Shown one piece after another: positions 12,300-23,993 of a stretch of DNA of 64,000 nt. Position 1 is the first letter of the stretch. Every line of letters starts with the position of its first letter. Source of the stretch: Iphione sp. A-MEVVRFRX5 (Eukaryota); the NCBI GenBank assembly GCA_976226885.1, contig OZ320318.1:86056001-86120000 (forward strand). The letters run 5' to 3'. Both the position numbers and the translations under genes were made by a program. A model generated the notes under the pieces. That model did no database searches, had not been told where the DNA came from, and saw only the letters and a program-made list of their open reading frames with translations.

Positions 12300-12690
12300 A
12301 CACATATTGCTCTGTCTACCAAAGTATTGTAACGTGTCTTAGTCTTGTGGAGCACTGGCAGATAGGAGGATTGAACAGATGAAAAATAAAGAATATGGTT
12401 CACTACAAATACATAAAAATGGTTGTGTATGGGGTGATCTCTCTCAGAGTGCAAAGAGAAAGGGTCTGTTTATTCAACAAAACACACTTACTTATATGCA
12501 CTCTGGTTACATAATAGTTCCTAAAAATAGGCACACTGTCTAGACATAGGTCTGGACTAGAGGAGAATGCTTAATCATTACATAATGTGCTAAATTTAGC
12601 TATCAACTCTTGTTGCATCATAGACATATATGTCACAGTTACCTTATTGCACAAGAATTATCTGCACAGTACAATCCATGTCAAACCTGA
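12300..12690 (+). repeat. Dispersed repeat family D, copy 2
   Basis: Inverted match to 7870-8290 and direct match to 44570-44820 (GTGCAAAGAGAAAGGGTCTGTTTATTC). Confidence 0.8.
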
Positions 12691-13462
12691 AACGAATCAC
12701 CTGATAAGGGTCATTTCAAATGAAACATTTCAAGCCAGGCTGCTCACAGAATACATGCACACTCTACAATGTATATACATTTGTTCTTTGTGTTAATATT
12801 TTTGAAGAAATCCCTTTACAAACTGAGAGGTTCTGAGAGGCTGGAGATGACACATCTAGTATATGAGGTTACTCATGGTATGAGTTTTAGTGGGGATTCG
12901 TCATGGCAAGAGTTGGTCATGGTTTGTTTTAGATCCAGTAAGATAAACTAAGAACAAGGTTGTTCAATAGGGAAAACGTGGCTTGATCTACCCTCCAAGA
13001 AATGCTACCAGGTTCTGTCAAGAACAAAGACTGTCAACTATCATGCAGGAAATGTCTTTCTCCCTTTCTTCCCTCGGAAATTCTAACACGAGTTCAATGC
13101 AAGGTTTCATGAAGGATATAAATTCAAAGTGCAATGTAAATCAAATACCATCAGCATTTTATAAAAGAGGACAAACTACTTCTTCTAAAGAATAACTATT
13201 TCCCTAAAATACAATGTCCTTTACAATCTGATAGCATACAGGTGAGTCTACATTCACTAGTGAGATGCACACTGGAGTCTCAGGCTCCCCTCAGCCCACG
13301 CATGCATGTTGTAGCCACCCCATTGTGGTTCAATTATCAAGCAAAATGTTTAGTTCATTCTATGAAGAAAAATCTCATTTAAAGAGCAGGCCTAATAAGA
13401 TGCCAAACCTCGATAAAGACTTATAATATTGTTAAGAACCAAATATACATTTACATTATGTA

Positions 13463-13793
13463 CAGGTATACCTCTGTTAGTGAATGCTGTTGGACGAAAT
13501 CTCTTTATAGAATAGTTGCCTATTTCTACAGACTGCGTGGCTTAAGGCCACGTTTTCGAACTTTACCTCTTAATGATTTATTTAGGAGACAACTGGCCTA
13601 ATATGGATATGTATTGCTATAAGAATTAATGATTTACGAATGAATATAAATATTCAACAACTGTAAAAATTAGGGCCACAACTTATGTTGTGGGGAAACT
13701 ACTTTATGTAGCGAACTACTTTGTGAACTGCTTTCACTACTATGTATAGTGAAATCAGAGCACACACGTAATTCATTAACAGAGGTATACCTC
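13463..13793. mobile_element. Tc1/mariner-like MITE with 23-bp TIRs
   Basis: TA|CAGGTATACCTCTGTTAGTGAAT ... ATTCATTAACAGAGGTATACCTC|TA; TIR identity 21/23. Confidence 0.8.
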
Positions 13794-14680
13794 TATTATA
13801 CAAAATCTCTGAAGATAGTTAATTTGTCAAAGAGACCAAGATTGGGCAGTCTCACAGCTGGACTCGACTGAGGATTCCTGAATACATACATGATTCGCAA
13901 TTAAAATGTCACATTCGAAAACCTTCGGTCACGGATTCTTTCGTACAGCATGGTGCAATCACCTAGAATTCCGGTCATTTAAGACCTGTCGGAGTAAGAT
14001 TGTACAGTAATAGATCACATCTGGTTGTATTGAGGGGGCCCTCCAGATGTGGACTGGAGGTCCAGTAACTACAAATAACCCTTCACGGATTTTGCACTGA
14101 TTTATTGATTTTAGAGTTTATTTTATACAGCCTAATTCGATTACGCGTTCAATAGTTTGTTCTTTCTCCAAACAATATTCACTCTATTGGTCGTGTTTAC
14201 ATGAGCAAGGATTAGACTCTTCATGAACATAACACATATTTATATCTTAGAAATATGTAAAAAACTATACAACAGGATCAACCATGATTGTCGTCATTAA
14301 TAGTCTGAGGTGAAAACCTAACCCACGATTTTAACGAAACGAAAAGGAAGGGCTATAAAAATTGATTGAACAAAAATTAAGAAGACAAAAATGCACGTTA
14401 AACATGACTAGTCGGTACTACTCTATGTAGTAGATCCCTCCGACAAGACCTCACCTGGAAAGCTGTCGACCTTTTGACTTCAGGTATATTTCAGTGCTTG
14501 TCTCACAATGAGATGAGAATTGGTCCCCGACGACCTTCACGACGAGATATGGAAACTGGATTGGTAACTAGTTACAACGTCTCGTTTCGAGCTCAAAGGT
14601 CAGTAGTTCGAGTTCAGACCGGGGGATAAAGCCTATAAGCCTACACCCAGACCTCTGCTAGAAGAGTTTAGAAGAAGATG

Positions 14681-14725
14681 TGCATGTTCAACACACACCA
14701 GTCTTATGAGGAAGGTATAAATATA

Positions 14726-14763
<38 letters not shown>

Positions 14764-14815
14764 AAGAAATATCTAACCTAACCGGTTAATGTGCATGTTC
14801 AATACATACCAGTCT

Positions 14816-14853
<38 letters not shown>

Positions 14854-14880
14854 TTTCTAACCTGACCTGTTTATGTAAAA
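14681..14880. repeat. Local duplication containing a (TA)n(GA)n compound microsatellite
   Basis: GTGCATGTTCAA...CCAGTCTTAT-(TA)n-(GA)n-TCTAACCT occurs twice. Confidence 0.85.
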
Positions 14881-15234
14881 CTGACAGGTTGTTTGGCTTG
14901 GGCAAGAATATGGGTAGTTTAGAACAAAATGGAGGGTACAGGTATTGTATTTACAGACTACAGCTCCACCTTCTATCGACTAAAACATGCCACACAAATG
15001 TATGTGAAAGTATATACATGTACATGCACAATGTCTATGTATATGTGTACCCTTATATGGTATCTAGATTCTGTTTTTGAAAATGTGGCAAAAATAATAT
15101 GTATTCAGTGTTATACTGATAAACCTCTACTACCTATAGATGAGGCAGTGCAGTCAACAAGGCCATCAACAAATGTTCCCTGGGAGATTCAAGCAGTAAA
15201 CTTATCCTAAGGTATTTGATCAAATTCCGTTGGC

Positions 15235-15465
15235 ACGTGCCGCGTTTCTACGCATGTCCTTTATGGAACTGAAATTACGGAATACTTCCGGTTAGTGCAC
15301 TCGAATTGGATACAGCGCCGAAAGGCAGTAGGCCCCGGCGGTTGGGACGGGTAGAAGTTGTGGTCCTCCTCTCCTGTTGAGCGGTAAACTCCTAACTTCT
15401 AAAGCTCAGTCTCTGTAACCCTTACCGGCTGGAAGAGGCCACGATTGCCCAACCCGGTAATGACA
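15235..15465. promoter_or_regulatory. CpG-enriched promoter-like segment
   Basis: Local CpG/GC enrichment, a CACGTG E-box near 15237, an ETS-type ACTTCCGG near 15284, and a candidate donor CG|GTAATG near 15457. Motif-level evidence only. Confidence 0.3.
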
Positions 15466-16105
15466 TGCTGCGCATAGCTTGTTCCGGCACGATGCTCCGC
15501 ACGCCCAACGAGCCCCGCTCCCACCTCCTTCAACCCCCTCCCACCCCCCACCTCCCTCCCCATCCCCCACCACTCATACTGAAGCCGTTCCTATCTTCCC
15601 GCAGTCACGCAATGTTTTCAATGTAAAGGGGTCTGGCTCGGTACCTTCCGTGTTGAGAAATAGAAAAGGTTCTGGAATGGCTATGTCCAAAATGGGGGAG
15701 GGGGGAGCTTTCTGACGGTTTCAGATCTGAAAACATTTGAGAATTTTAGATCAGTTCAAATGGAAACTTTAAGATAGTGAATTAGGACATCGACGGATGA
15801 CCTACACATAATATAGGTATATTTTAGTCTCTGAGGAGGGCAGGAATTTGAACCATGGGCAAAGATGTCTAGTTTTGGGGTCAATGGGAAAATCCAATTT
15901 TCTTTATTATAGCAGAGAGAATTACATGCTTTGGCATACGTTAAGAAGGTACGTTAACAATGATTCACTGCAAATGTGGTATTTTTTGGTCAAGTAATTC
16001 TAAAGTTCTAAGCGGTCAAAGTTGACTGTCTGAGCCTTAAGCAGCATGCAGCTTGTGTATGGTGGAAGCAATAGCTCCAACAATGATCGGTGAATTCAAC
16101 AGTAA

Positions 16106-16414
16106 GGCCGTGTTCACATGTATCATGATTAAAAATCTGGCTCTGTGTGTGGATGCGAAGATACTCCCAGCAGGGATCTTTAGTTAATGACTGACAGATG
16201 GTGACCACATGTATTTTACTATGGGCGCCTATGGAATCCGCATGCAGATGCAGAAAAAAAAAACATCCCAGATGGTTCGACATCCGGCCCAATGTATGGA
16301 AATAGAAAAGCTTGTAAATAGATGAATGAACACAATAGTCAAGTTGGGCTGCAAAAAAATTGTCCCTGTGAGTGGATGCCGAATGCAAAAATCAGAATGC
16401 ATGTGAACACTGCC
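16106..16414. mobile_element. Family C Harbinger-like MITE, complete copy
   Basis: TAA|GGCCGTGTTCACATG ... CATGTGAACACTGCC|TAA: 14/15 TIR match and identical TAA TSD. Confidence 0.85.
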
Positions 16415-16439
16415 TAACCATACACACATGTACTAAGAA

Positions 16440-19400
16440 TAAGAGATAGAGGGATAGGGAGACAGACAGAGACAGACGGCCTCAGGACTCGGGACAAGGA
16501 CAAAGGGTACCTGTTTCCCTAAGCCGATGTAAATCATAAACTTCAAATGAGAAGAAAAGGACCGACGAGGAGACAAGGGCGCAGAAAGAATCGAAAAGAA
16601 AAATAGAGAGCAGGAGACGTAAAGAGGCAGGAGGAGGGAGAAAGTAGACGAGGAGGGAGAAAGTAGACGACAGAGCCATAGGGCAGAAAGACAGAGAGGA
16701 AGAAAGAGAGGGAGATCTGGAAATGTGGTGCGTTTTAATTCCCGCCTCACGGCAACGGCCCAGGCGGACCTTGAGGACTGCAGCAGGCAGCTGAGGGGAC
16801 CCGTCTGAGCAGCCTGAAACGCCGCTGTCGACGTCACACTCTCCCGGTGCCCTCCTCCTAACGACTCGAATATGGAAAGGGCCGACAAAGCTGAATTGAA
16901 TCTCTACGGAACCAAAAAAAAAGACACAAACTCATGCGTCAGGTGGCTAACCTCTGACATACTATCATCTAGCCTAGAAATTGAGGGATACTATCTACTG
17001 AGGCAGGACAGAGAAGTCAAATGCCTACACTCCGCAAAAACAAAAAGAGGGGGCGGAATCTGTGTATTCATAAAAAACGAGATCATAATAGACGACCAAA
17101 TTCTACAAAATCTTAACACGAACTCTAGTGACACTGAACTGTTTTGGGTACAATTACTGCTAGGTACTAAAATAAACTTAGGAATAGTTTACAGACCACC
17201 AAATGGGAATGTCGGGAACTTCCTACTGAATATAAGGAACTCATTGGAGTCCATAGATGGGTTACGCAACACTAACACGATTCTCATTGGAGACGTGAAC
17301 ATAGATTATGTGAATGACACCAACCCTACAGAGAATAGGCTGAGATGGCTCTTCGCTGAATACTCTTACACCCAATTAATTACAGACTTTACTCGTGAAA
17401 CAAGCAAAAGTGCCACGATTATTGATCACTTGTATGTAAATGCGACTATACAGGTAAAATACGAACTTAAGAAGATACAGCTAAGTGACCATCATGCAAT
17501 AACAGTTACAATAGGCCCATTTACAGGACCAAAATATTCTTTCAGCCAGAACAAACTTCGCAAATGGAATCCCAGTATTAGAAACAATATATTGAAATAC
17601 CTATCTTTATACAATTGGACCAAGTTTTTCAAAGCCAGAGATGTTATTTACCTCTGGACAGAGCTAAAGACTACTATTATCCATGCTCTGAATTTGTACT
17701 GCCCTTTACGTTCATTAAAAACGAGAAAATACACCGAGCCTTGGATGACTAGCGAACTACTTGCCTTGGTAAACGAAAAACATCGCATTTACCGCAAATC
17801 ACTTCGCAGTAACAACCCTACAGATATACTAAATGCTAAACGTATGAGTAACATTGTTAAATCAAAGATCAGAAATAGTAAACGCACCTACTATCACAAC
17901 ACAATCGATACTAACAAAAGCAATTCTAAGGAATATTGGAAGATATTAAAAGAGGCATTCAAGGCTAAATCAAAATCTCAGCCCAACATTCTACTTCAAG
18001 ACCAGAATGGAACCCAATTGAATAGCCAAGACAGTGCTAACTATCTTAATAAATTTTTTGCAACAGTGGGAACCAGAACATCCGTGGTACATAACAAAAA
18101 CTCGGACGCGGACAGTTTTGTTTACCAGGAAGATAATAAATACCCAGTACTGAATTTAAAACCGACCACAAGTCCTGAAGTCGCAAAGATATTAAAAAAT
18201 TTAGATAGTTCAAAGTCATCAGGCGTGAATTGGTGCTCAAGCACAATACTAAAGGAAATACTCCTATTCTTGACAGACCAATTGACTCACCTGATCAACC
18301 AGTCACTCTATAATGGAGTAGTACCAACTGATTGGAAAGAGGGTACCATAACCCCATTATTCAAAAAAGGTGATCGTAAAAACCCTGCAAATTACCGACC
18401 TATAACCATACTTCCTCTATTTTCAAAAATAATCGAACGTGTAATACACACAAGAATCTATGATCATCTCGAAGACAATAGTTGCTTTCATCCACTCCAA
18501 TTCGGGTTTAGGAAAAATAAATCGACAACAGATGCTGTAGTAAGATTAGCGGACATTATCTATGATAATTTTAACAATAAAAAACTAACTGGAACCCTAT
18601 TAATAGATTACGCCAAAGCTTTCGACAGTATACAGCATGAAATAATTTTAGCAAAGCTTTCACATTTTGGTCTGGAAAACTACTATGCATGGTTAAAGAA
18701 TTACCTTTCGAAAAGAACTCAACGCACTAAACTGTGCAATGTACTTTCGAAACCAAATGAAGTAACACCAGGGGTACCCCAGGGAAGTATTCTAGGGCCC
18801 CTGCTGTTCCTGCTGTACATTAATGACTCCCTATCATTGTTTAAAGAGGGTGAATGCCAGCTTTACGCAGATGACACCACTCTAGTAATGACTGGGAACA
18901 CCCCAACTGAAGTAGGAAGCAAACTAAAAGTCGGTTTCGATATACTAACAAAATGGTGCACACAAAATAGGTTGAAAATAAACACAGATAAAACAGAGCT
19001 AATTATTTTCTCCAATCCAAGGAACAAACTGAAGATACAAGACGGAAAATTGATTGAAAATATATTAGGGTTAACAAGAAAATCACACGTCAAGTACTTA
19101 GGCATCCATCTAGATGAAAATCTAAAAATGACCGGGCAAGTAAGCAAGATTCTAAACTCACTAAGACCACTCACAATTCTATTTAAAAGAGTTAGACCAC
19201 TCATAGGGCTGCGAAGTGCAATCCAAATATTCAAATCTTTTATAGTACCGTACACAGATCAAGGATGTCAGCTACTCCTGAATAGGAGGTGCCATGGCTT
19301 TAAAAGCATCCTAAGCTGCATAAATCGGCTAGTACGACATTGCTTCCTAGATTGGAACAGCCCGATTGAACTTTTATATAATAAATTGCATCTGCTGCCC

Positions 19401-20318
19401 TTCCCTTTGAGAACTGAATACTTCCTAGGGATGATGGCTGCCAGGAAAAACTGTTTGGGAGCAAGGGAAGGAGTCCCGATAGACCCCAAGGAGGACAGGC
19501 CAATTGCCACAACCCGTTCTAATGCTACCTTTCAGATGAAAAATCCAAGGGTGACCTGCGAGGTTTACAAATTGTCCCCTACTTACAACTGCATAAGAGT
19601 CTGGAACAATCTCCCCGATATTATAAGACTACAAGTGACCAAAACTCCCATTGAGAAATTACCCGTTGTAAAGAGACAACTAAAAAAGTTTCTGTTTAAT
19701 CGAATGTTCAAGGAAAACTGGAGAGTCCCTTAATCTTAAGCAATAAAATGAGCAAAATGGAATACCCTGGCCAACCGACCCAATAATATTTCTGTCCCTG
19801 TACCAACCAGGTAGCAATGCATAGGACTTGGAAACTATCTAAATCACCACGGGCATTGTGCAATCTACCTCAACTTCAACTTCAATTTCAAACTTCAACC
19901 TCAACCTCATCCTCATTTATCATTACTCATTACCATCGACCATACATACTACACCCACCCATCCAAATAACACCTATCACAATTTCCTTATCACTCCTAA
20001 CTCACCTGTACATCTACAAACCAACCATAACATCGACTGATCCACAATTCTCTTTGCTCAAATGTAAGTACCGTAACAGAACGAGTATGATCACGAATAT
20101 TATCTCATCGGAGAAAATATTCCATCCTACTCCTACTCCTTCCTACTGCAAGTGCCGATCCATTGAAGAGCCTAAAGCCAAGCTTATACATATACCCTGT
20201 AAATGGAAGTATTGATAATGAAACTAAAAATATATATCGAGGTTTGACTCTGGAAATGTAAGGCCACTTGTGGCCTCCCCAAAATCCAGAAATAAAGAAA
20301 TGTTATAAAAAAAAAAAA
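16440..20318 (+). mobile_element. LINE element; 3' end defined, 5' boundary uncertain
   Basis: ORF2 is followed by an AC-rich 3' UTR of about 580 nt, a stem-loop (20249-20290), AATAAA (20291-20296) and A12 (20307-20318). No ORF1 or TSD was found. The purine-rich segment 16440-16870 may or may not belong to the element. Confidence 0.75.
16872..19733 (+). CDS. Non-LTR retrotransposon ORF2: APE-like endonuclease plus reverse transcriptase (CR1/L2 group)
   Basis: 953-aa uninterrupted ORF. EN motifs: GGGICVFIK, IVYRPP, IGDVNID, TIIDHLY, SDH. RT motifs: NYRPITILPLFSKIIER, QFGFRK, DYAKAFD, GVPQGSILGPLLFLLYIND, YADD, KYLGIHLD. Confidence 0.97.
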   Translation: MERADKAELNLYGTKKKDTNSCVRWLTSDILSSSLEIEGYYLLRQDREVKCLHSAKTKRGGGICVFIKNEIIIDDQILQNLNTNSSDTELFWVQLLLGTKINLGIVYRPPNGNVGNFLLNIRNSLESIDGLRNTNTILIGDVNIDYVNDTNPTENRLRWLFAEYSYTQLITDFTRETSKSATIIDHLYVNATIQVKYELKKIQLSDHHAITVTIGPFTGPKYSFSQNKLRKWNPSIRNNILKYLSLYNWTKFFKARDVIYLWTELKTTIIHALNLYCPLRSLKTRKYTEPWMTSELLALVNEKHRIYRKSLRSNNPTDILNAKRMSNIVKSKIRNSKRTYYHNTIDTNKSNSKEYWKILKEAFKAKSKSQPNILLQDQNGTQLNSQDSANYLNKFFATVGTRTSVVHNKNSDADSFVYQEDNKYPVLNLKPTTSPEVAKILKNLDSSKSSGVNWCSSTILKEILLFLTDQLTHLINQSLYNGVVPTDWKEGTITPLFKKGDRKNPANYRPITILPLFSKIIERVIHTRIYDHLEDNSCFHPLQFGFRKNKSTTDAVVRLADIIYDNFNNKKLTGTLLIDYAKAFDSIQHEIILAKLSHFGLENYYAWLKNYLSKRTQRTKLCNVLSKPNEVTPGVPQGSILGPLLFLLYINDSLSLFKEGECQLYADDTTLVMTGNTPTEVGSKLKVGFDILTKWCTQNRLKINTDKTELIIFSNPRNKLKIQDGKLIENILGLTRKSHVKYLGIHLDENLKMTGQVSKILNSLRPLTILFKRVRPLIGLRSAIQIFKSFIVPYTDQGCQLLLNRRCHGFKSILSCINRLVRHCFLDWNSPIELLYNKLHLLPFPLRTEYFLGMMAARKNCLGAREGVPIDPKEDRPIATTRSNATFQMKNPRVTCEVYKLSPTYNCIRVWNNLPDIIRLQVTKTPIEKLPVVKRQLKKFLFNRMFKENWRVP

Positions 20319-22303
20319 TGGCAAAAACGCGCCTGGCACGCGGCCTCCGCCTTCTGTGGTGCGTGTGTTCGTGACTGCGTGCGTATGTGCGTGTATCTAT
20401 TTGGTAGAGTGGATTGCACGTGGCTGTGTGCGAAATCGTCTCAAAGTTGGGGCCAGTTTCCATAATGGCATGAATGTGTTGCATTTGGTTTGCATTTGCA
20501 CAGATTTCTGCTTTTCATCGCACATCTTTGCAGAGTTGGGCCGTGAAAGGAAAATTTGTCACATATCTTGATGGCTTTGTCGCAAAAAAATATATATATT
20601 TCAGCACTAAATCATCGGGTAGGAAAAGAAAGTTGTCACATTTATAATACCTTAATTTTTGTCGCACATTTATTTTTGCGAAATGTGACAGGTTGCTCAG
20701 CTCAGCTTTGGGACCATTTTCTATACTTGTATTAATGTATTGCATTTGCATTGTGTTTAGAGTGCAGAAATGGGAAAGTAAAGGATAGTTTCTCTATATG
20801 CATTGTATTGTTGCAAATGGATGACCATGCATTAGGGCCTTGTCTGTTTTTGAGCATGCTCAATACTTTTCACGCAATAATGTATTAACACACTCCTGCA
20901 GCATACGGTCATAATGTTAGGCAAAGGCTGTGTAGGAGTGTGTTTGGGTGTGTGTGGGTGTGTGTGAGTGTATGGGTGTGTGGAAGTGTATACATGTTTA
21001 GATACTTTTGTCTGTTGCGGAGATTTTCATGAGTTTCTTTCAATGCTGTTCAACACATCCATGCATACAGAAATGTACAGAGTGATACCATTATGCCCCA
21101 ACACACAAACAATCATACAGCTGTGGGTCATCCCTTAATACAACTATGCAGGAAAAGGTGTTGCCACGGCCAACTTTCGTGCAATGCATCTGTTACACAA
21201 AACACACAGATGCAAATATGGAAACCAACCATTCGATCAGCTTTGAATGCAGTAGTAATGTTTGTGTATGTGTGTGTATTTTTTATCTGTACAAATATGG
21301 AAATCCGAAAGTAGATTTTTGCATCGAGACTAAATAATATGTGTGTCAGCTCATATCTGTGCACTTCTATATATGCCTCTATATGTTGTCTGTCTCAGCT
21401 AGTCCGAGTTTAAGGTAAGGTAGATATAGTAAGGTAAGATATACATGTAACGTAGCTACCTCTCTACCTTCAGGCCTCCAGCTCCTCCAGACAAGAGTCG
21501 GAACTTTCTCAGGGTTCTCAGGTGTCTCGGGGGCAACGGTCGACCCCTACCCTCCTCTCCCACCCGCCTGTCTAACCTCCCATCCCCTGTAGGCACGGTG
21601 GAGATGTGTGTGTGTGGGGGGGGAGTGGTTGTGTGGGGGGAAGGGGAATACGGTGGGCCTAACCAAGCAGGTATTGCTCCTATGAGTAGCTCAACGATTT
21701 GGCTAGACAGCTACCGTGAGTTGCTCACCACCGATTGTTCTTGTCCATGTATGTTCAGTTTGGACTACATGCTGAATTCCCTCTCACTTCCCTTCTTTCC
21801 CCCTGTTCTCCCTCGCTTTCTTCCTTCCTTTTCATCCACCCCCTCCTTTCTATTTGATTTCATCCGAATTATTTGGTTTGAACTTCTCATTGTCCCCACC
21901 GCCCTAATTCCCTCTTTCCTTCCTTCCGACTCCCACCCCCCTCTTCTTTTCATCATAGTTTTTTTATTCTACCTCCTTCCTTTTCCTTTCTCCACTTCCT
22001 GACTCTCTCCTTTCTTCCTGCCACTCCTCTAATTACCGTTAATTCTCAACTGTTTTCTCACCTACTTTCCTTCTTTTCCATTTGTAACCGTTCTGTTCTT
22101 TCCAACTACTTCCTCCATTCGTCCGTCCATCTCTTATCCATTTTCTAAGCCTTCCGTCACTTTTTTTATCACCATTCGTTCTCTACCAGACTTTCTCCTA
22201 TTTTCCTACTCCTGGTCATATAGTGCTGTTCCTTCTATTTTCCACCCTTCTCCCTCCCTCTTGTGTACCATTCCATTTGGATTGCCTTCCATCCCATCAC
22301 CCT

Positions 22304-22466
22304 TTCAAGGCTTCAAGATTTCAAGATTTTTATTAACAACCTCAAATGTTACAATGTAATGATTAACGTAATTGATTAACGATATGGCAGAACTTCACAA
22401 AGCAAGAGCACACAATCTGAATTACAAAGAGGCACAAGCACGGCATCATTTGGCTCGCTACAATCT
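22304..22466 (-). mobile_element. 3' end of a second non-LTR retroposon, truncated by the gap
   Basis: The minus strand reads AATAAAA-ATCTTGAA-ATCTTGAA-GCCTTGAA, a polyadenylation signal followed by a short tandem tail as in CR1/L2-class 3' ends. It interrupts a CT-rich tract. Confidence 0.55.
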
Positions 22467-22661
22467 NNNNNNNNNNNNNNNNNNNNNNNNNNNNNNNNNN
22501 NNNNNNNNNNNNNNNNNNNNNNNNNNNNNNNNNNNNNNNNNNNNNNNNNNNNNNNNNNNNNNNNNNNNNNNNNNNNNNNNNNNNNNNNNNNNNNNNNNNN
22601 NNNNNNNNNNNNNNNNNNNNNNNNNNNNNNNNNNNNNNNNNNNNNNNNNNNNNNNNNNNNN
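22467..22661. other. Assembly gap (195 N)
   Basis: Run of N. Confidence 1.
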
Positions 22662-22981
22662 CGCCTCTCACCATGATTCATTCTGAAATCTGTACTCTCC
22701 CAATCCCTCCCTCTTTCTTCACAGCTCCTTCCCTAACCCTTCCTCATGTTCCCTTCTGCTTCTCTCTGGATTTCCTTCCATGAAATCCTAACGGACCCCC
22801 CCCCCCTACCATGTTGCAGTTATTTTGGGAGTGGAGGGAAATGCGTTGTGTTGGTTGGATAATACTGCCAGCCAAGAATGACCACATTCGCCCTAGGAAC
22901 ATCCCTGTATATTGACGAGCCCAGAAGAACTATTCCGCCCATGCGGTTTTAATTAACTCCGGCATCTTTTCATATTTTCAG

Positions 22982-23006
22982 GCATGCTACAACAAAGAGT
23001 ACGTCG
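22982..23006 (+). CDS. Candidate micro-exon (ACYNKEYV, phase 0 to 1) of the + strand gene
   Basis: CTTTTCATATTTTCAG|GCATGC...GTCG|GTAAGT. Strong splice sites and phase-compatible with 28945-28984. Confidence 0.4.
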
Positions 23007-23429
23007 GTAAGTGTGACAGAAAAATCTTATTATACCTGATATCAGTCATGCAATATGACTAGCCTTTACAGTTCAATTCATACTTCTTACTCAGCTGCGC
23101 ATTCCCTTTCCACTACTTTCTCCGTGCCCTGTACAAAGGTGTCTGTTTACTAGAACTGATATGCAATTTTTTTAATGATGTGACACTGTGGTCTCTCATC
23201 AGACGACACAGCGCGGTATGGCTATGTAATAACCTAATCCGGTACTGGAATCTTAAGTACAAAAATAAACAAATATTGTGAGAAAGATAACGAAAAAATA
23301 CAAAAAAGTACATGTATTCAAAAGTATCAGTCACCACACAAATTTTAAATGCTCCAAGTCAGCCTTTTTCAGCTTGATAGTTCTCCTTGCCTAAAGCTGA
23401 TATACGATATTGACAGATGTTGTATATTA

Positions 23430-23742
23430 GGCGCCTTTCACGTGTATATGTCAGGGTTTTTCTGTTCCATGCCCACACACAAGGATGGATAATTGTGCAG
23501 CCTAGGGTTAACCATTATGCTCATTCATGTTTACTGTTTTTTCCACATCTGCAGATGGGGATGGACGTTGAACCATCCAGGATAGATTTGGGTCCAGATA
23601 TGTATGCGGATTCCATAGGAAGCAATGGTGAAGAGGCATGTGCTACCCATATGAAGGCAATTAGATAACAATCTCTGCAGGGGGATTGTCTGTGTCCACA
23701 CATGGGGACGAATTTTTCATCAGGATACATGTGAACAGCACC
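23430..23742. mobile_element. Family C MITE
   Basis: TTA|GGCGCCTTTCACGTG ... GATACATGTGAACAGCACC. Core at 23613; colinear with 27188-27751. Confidence 0.75.
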
Positions 23743-23993
23743 TTTCGTTTTAATGAAATGAAAGACATTTTCTTTAAAAAAAAGGGGGGGGGGAGGTGTA
23801 GAACAGCCACGGTGTCAGATTTTATTTTATGTTTAGAATTACGGGATGTCACCTAAGAATGGATTTGATATAATAGCAGCACCTATGAAGAATCTGTTAC
23901 ACCAAGATCAGTTACAGATGCATTTGTCTCGCTGTTAGACAACGAAATTTTCCAAGGACCCAAGACAACACGCACCATTACCAGCTCAAACCT

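Noticed and set aside
18863-19512. Minus-strand ORFs opposite the RT
   Set aside because: Antisense shadows of the LINE ORF2.
22363-22686. ORFs spanning the N gap
   Set aside because: Artefacts of translating N as X.
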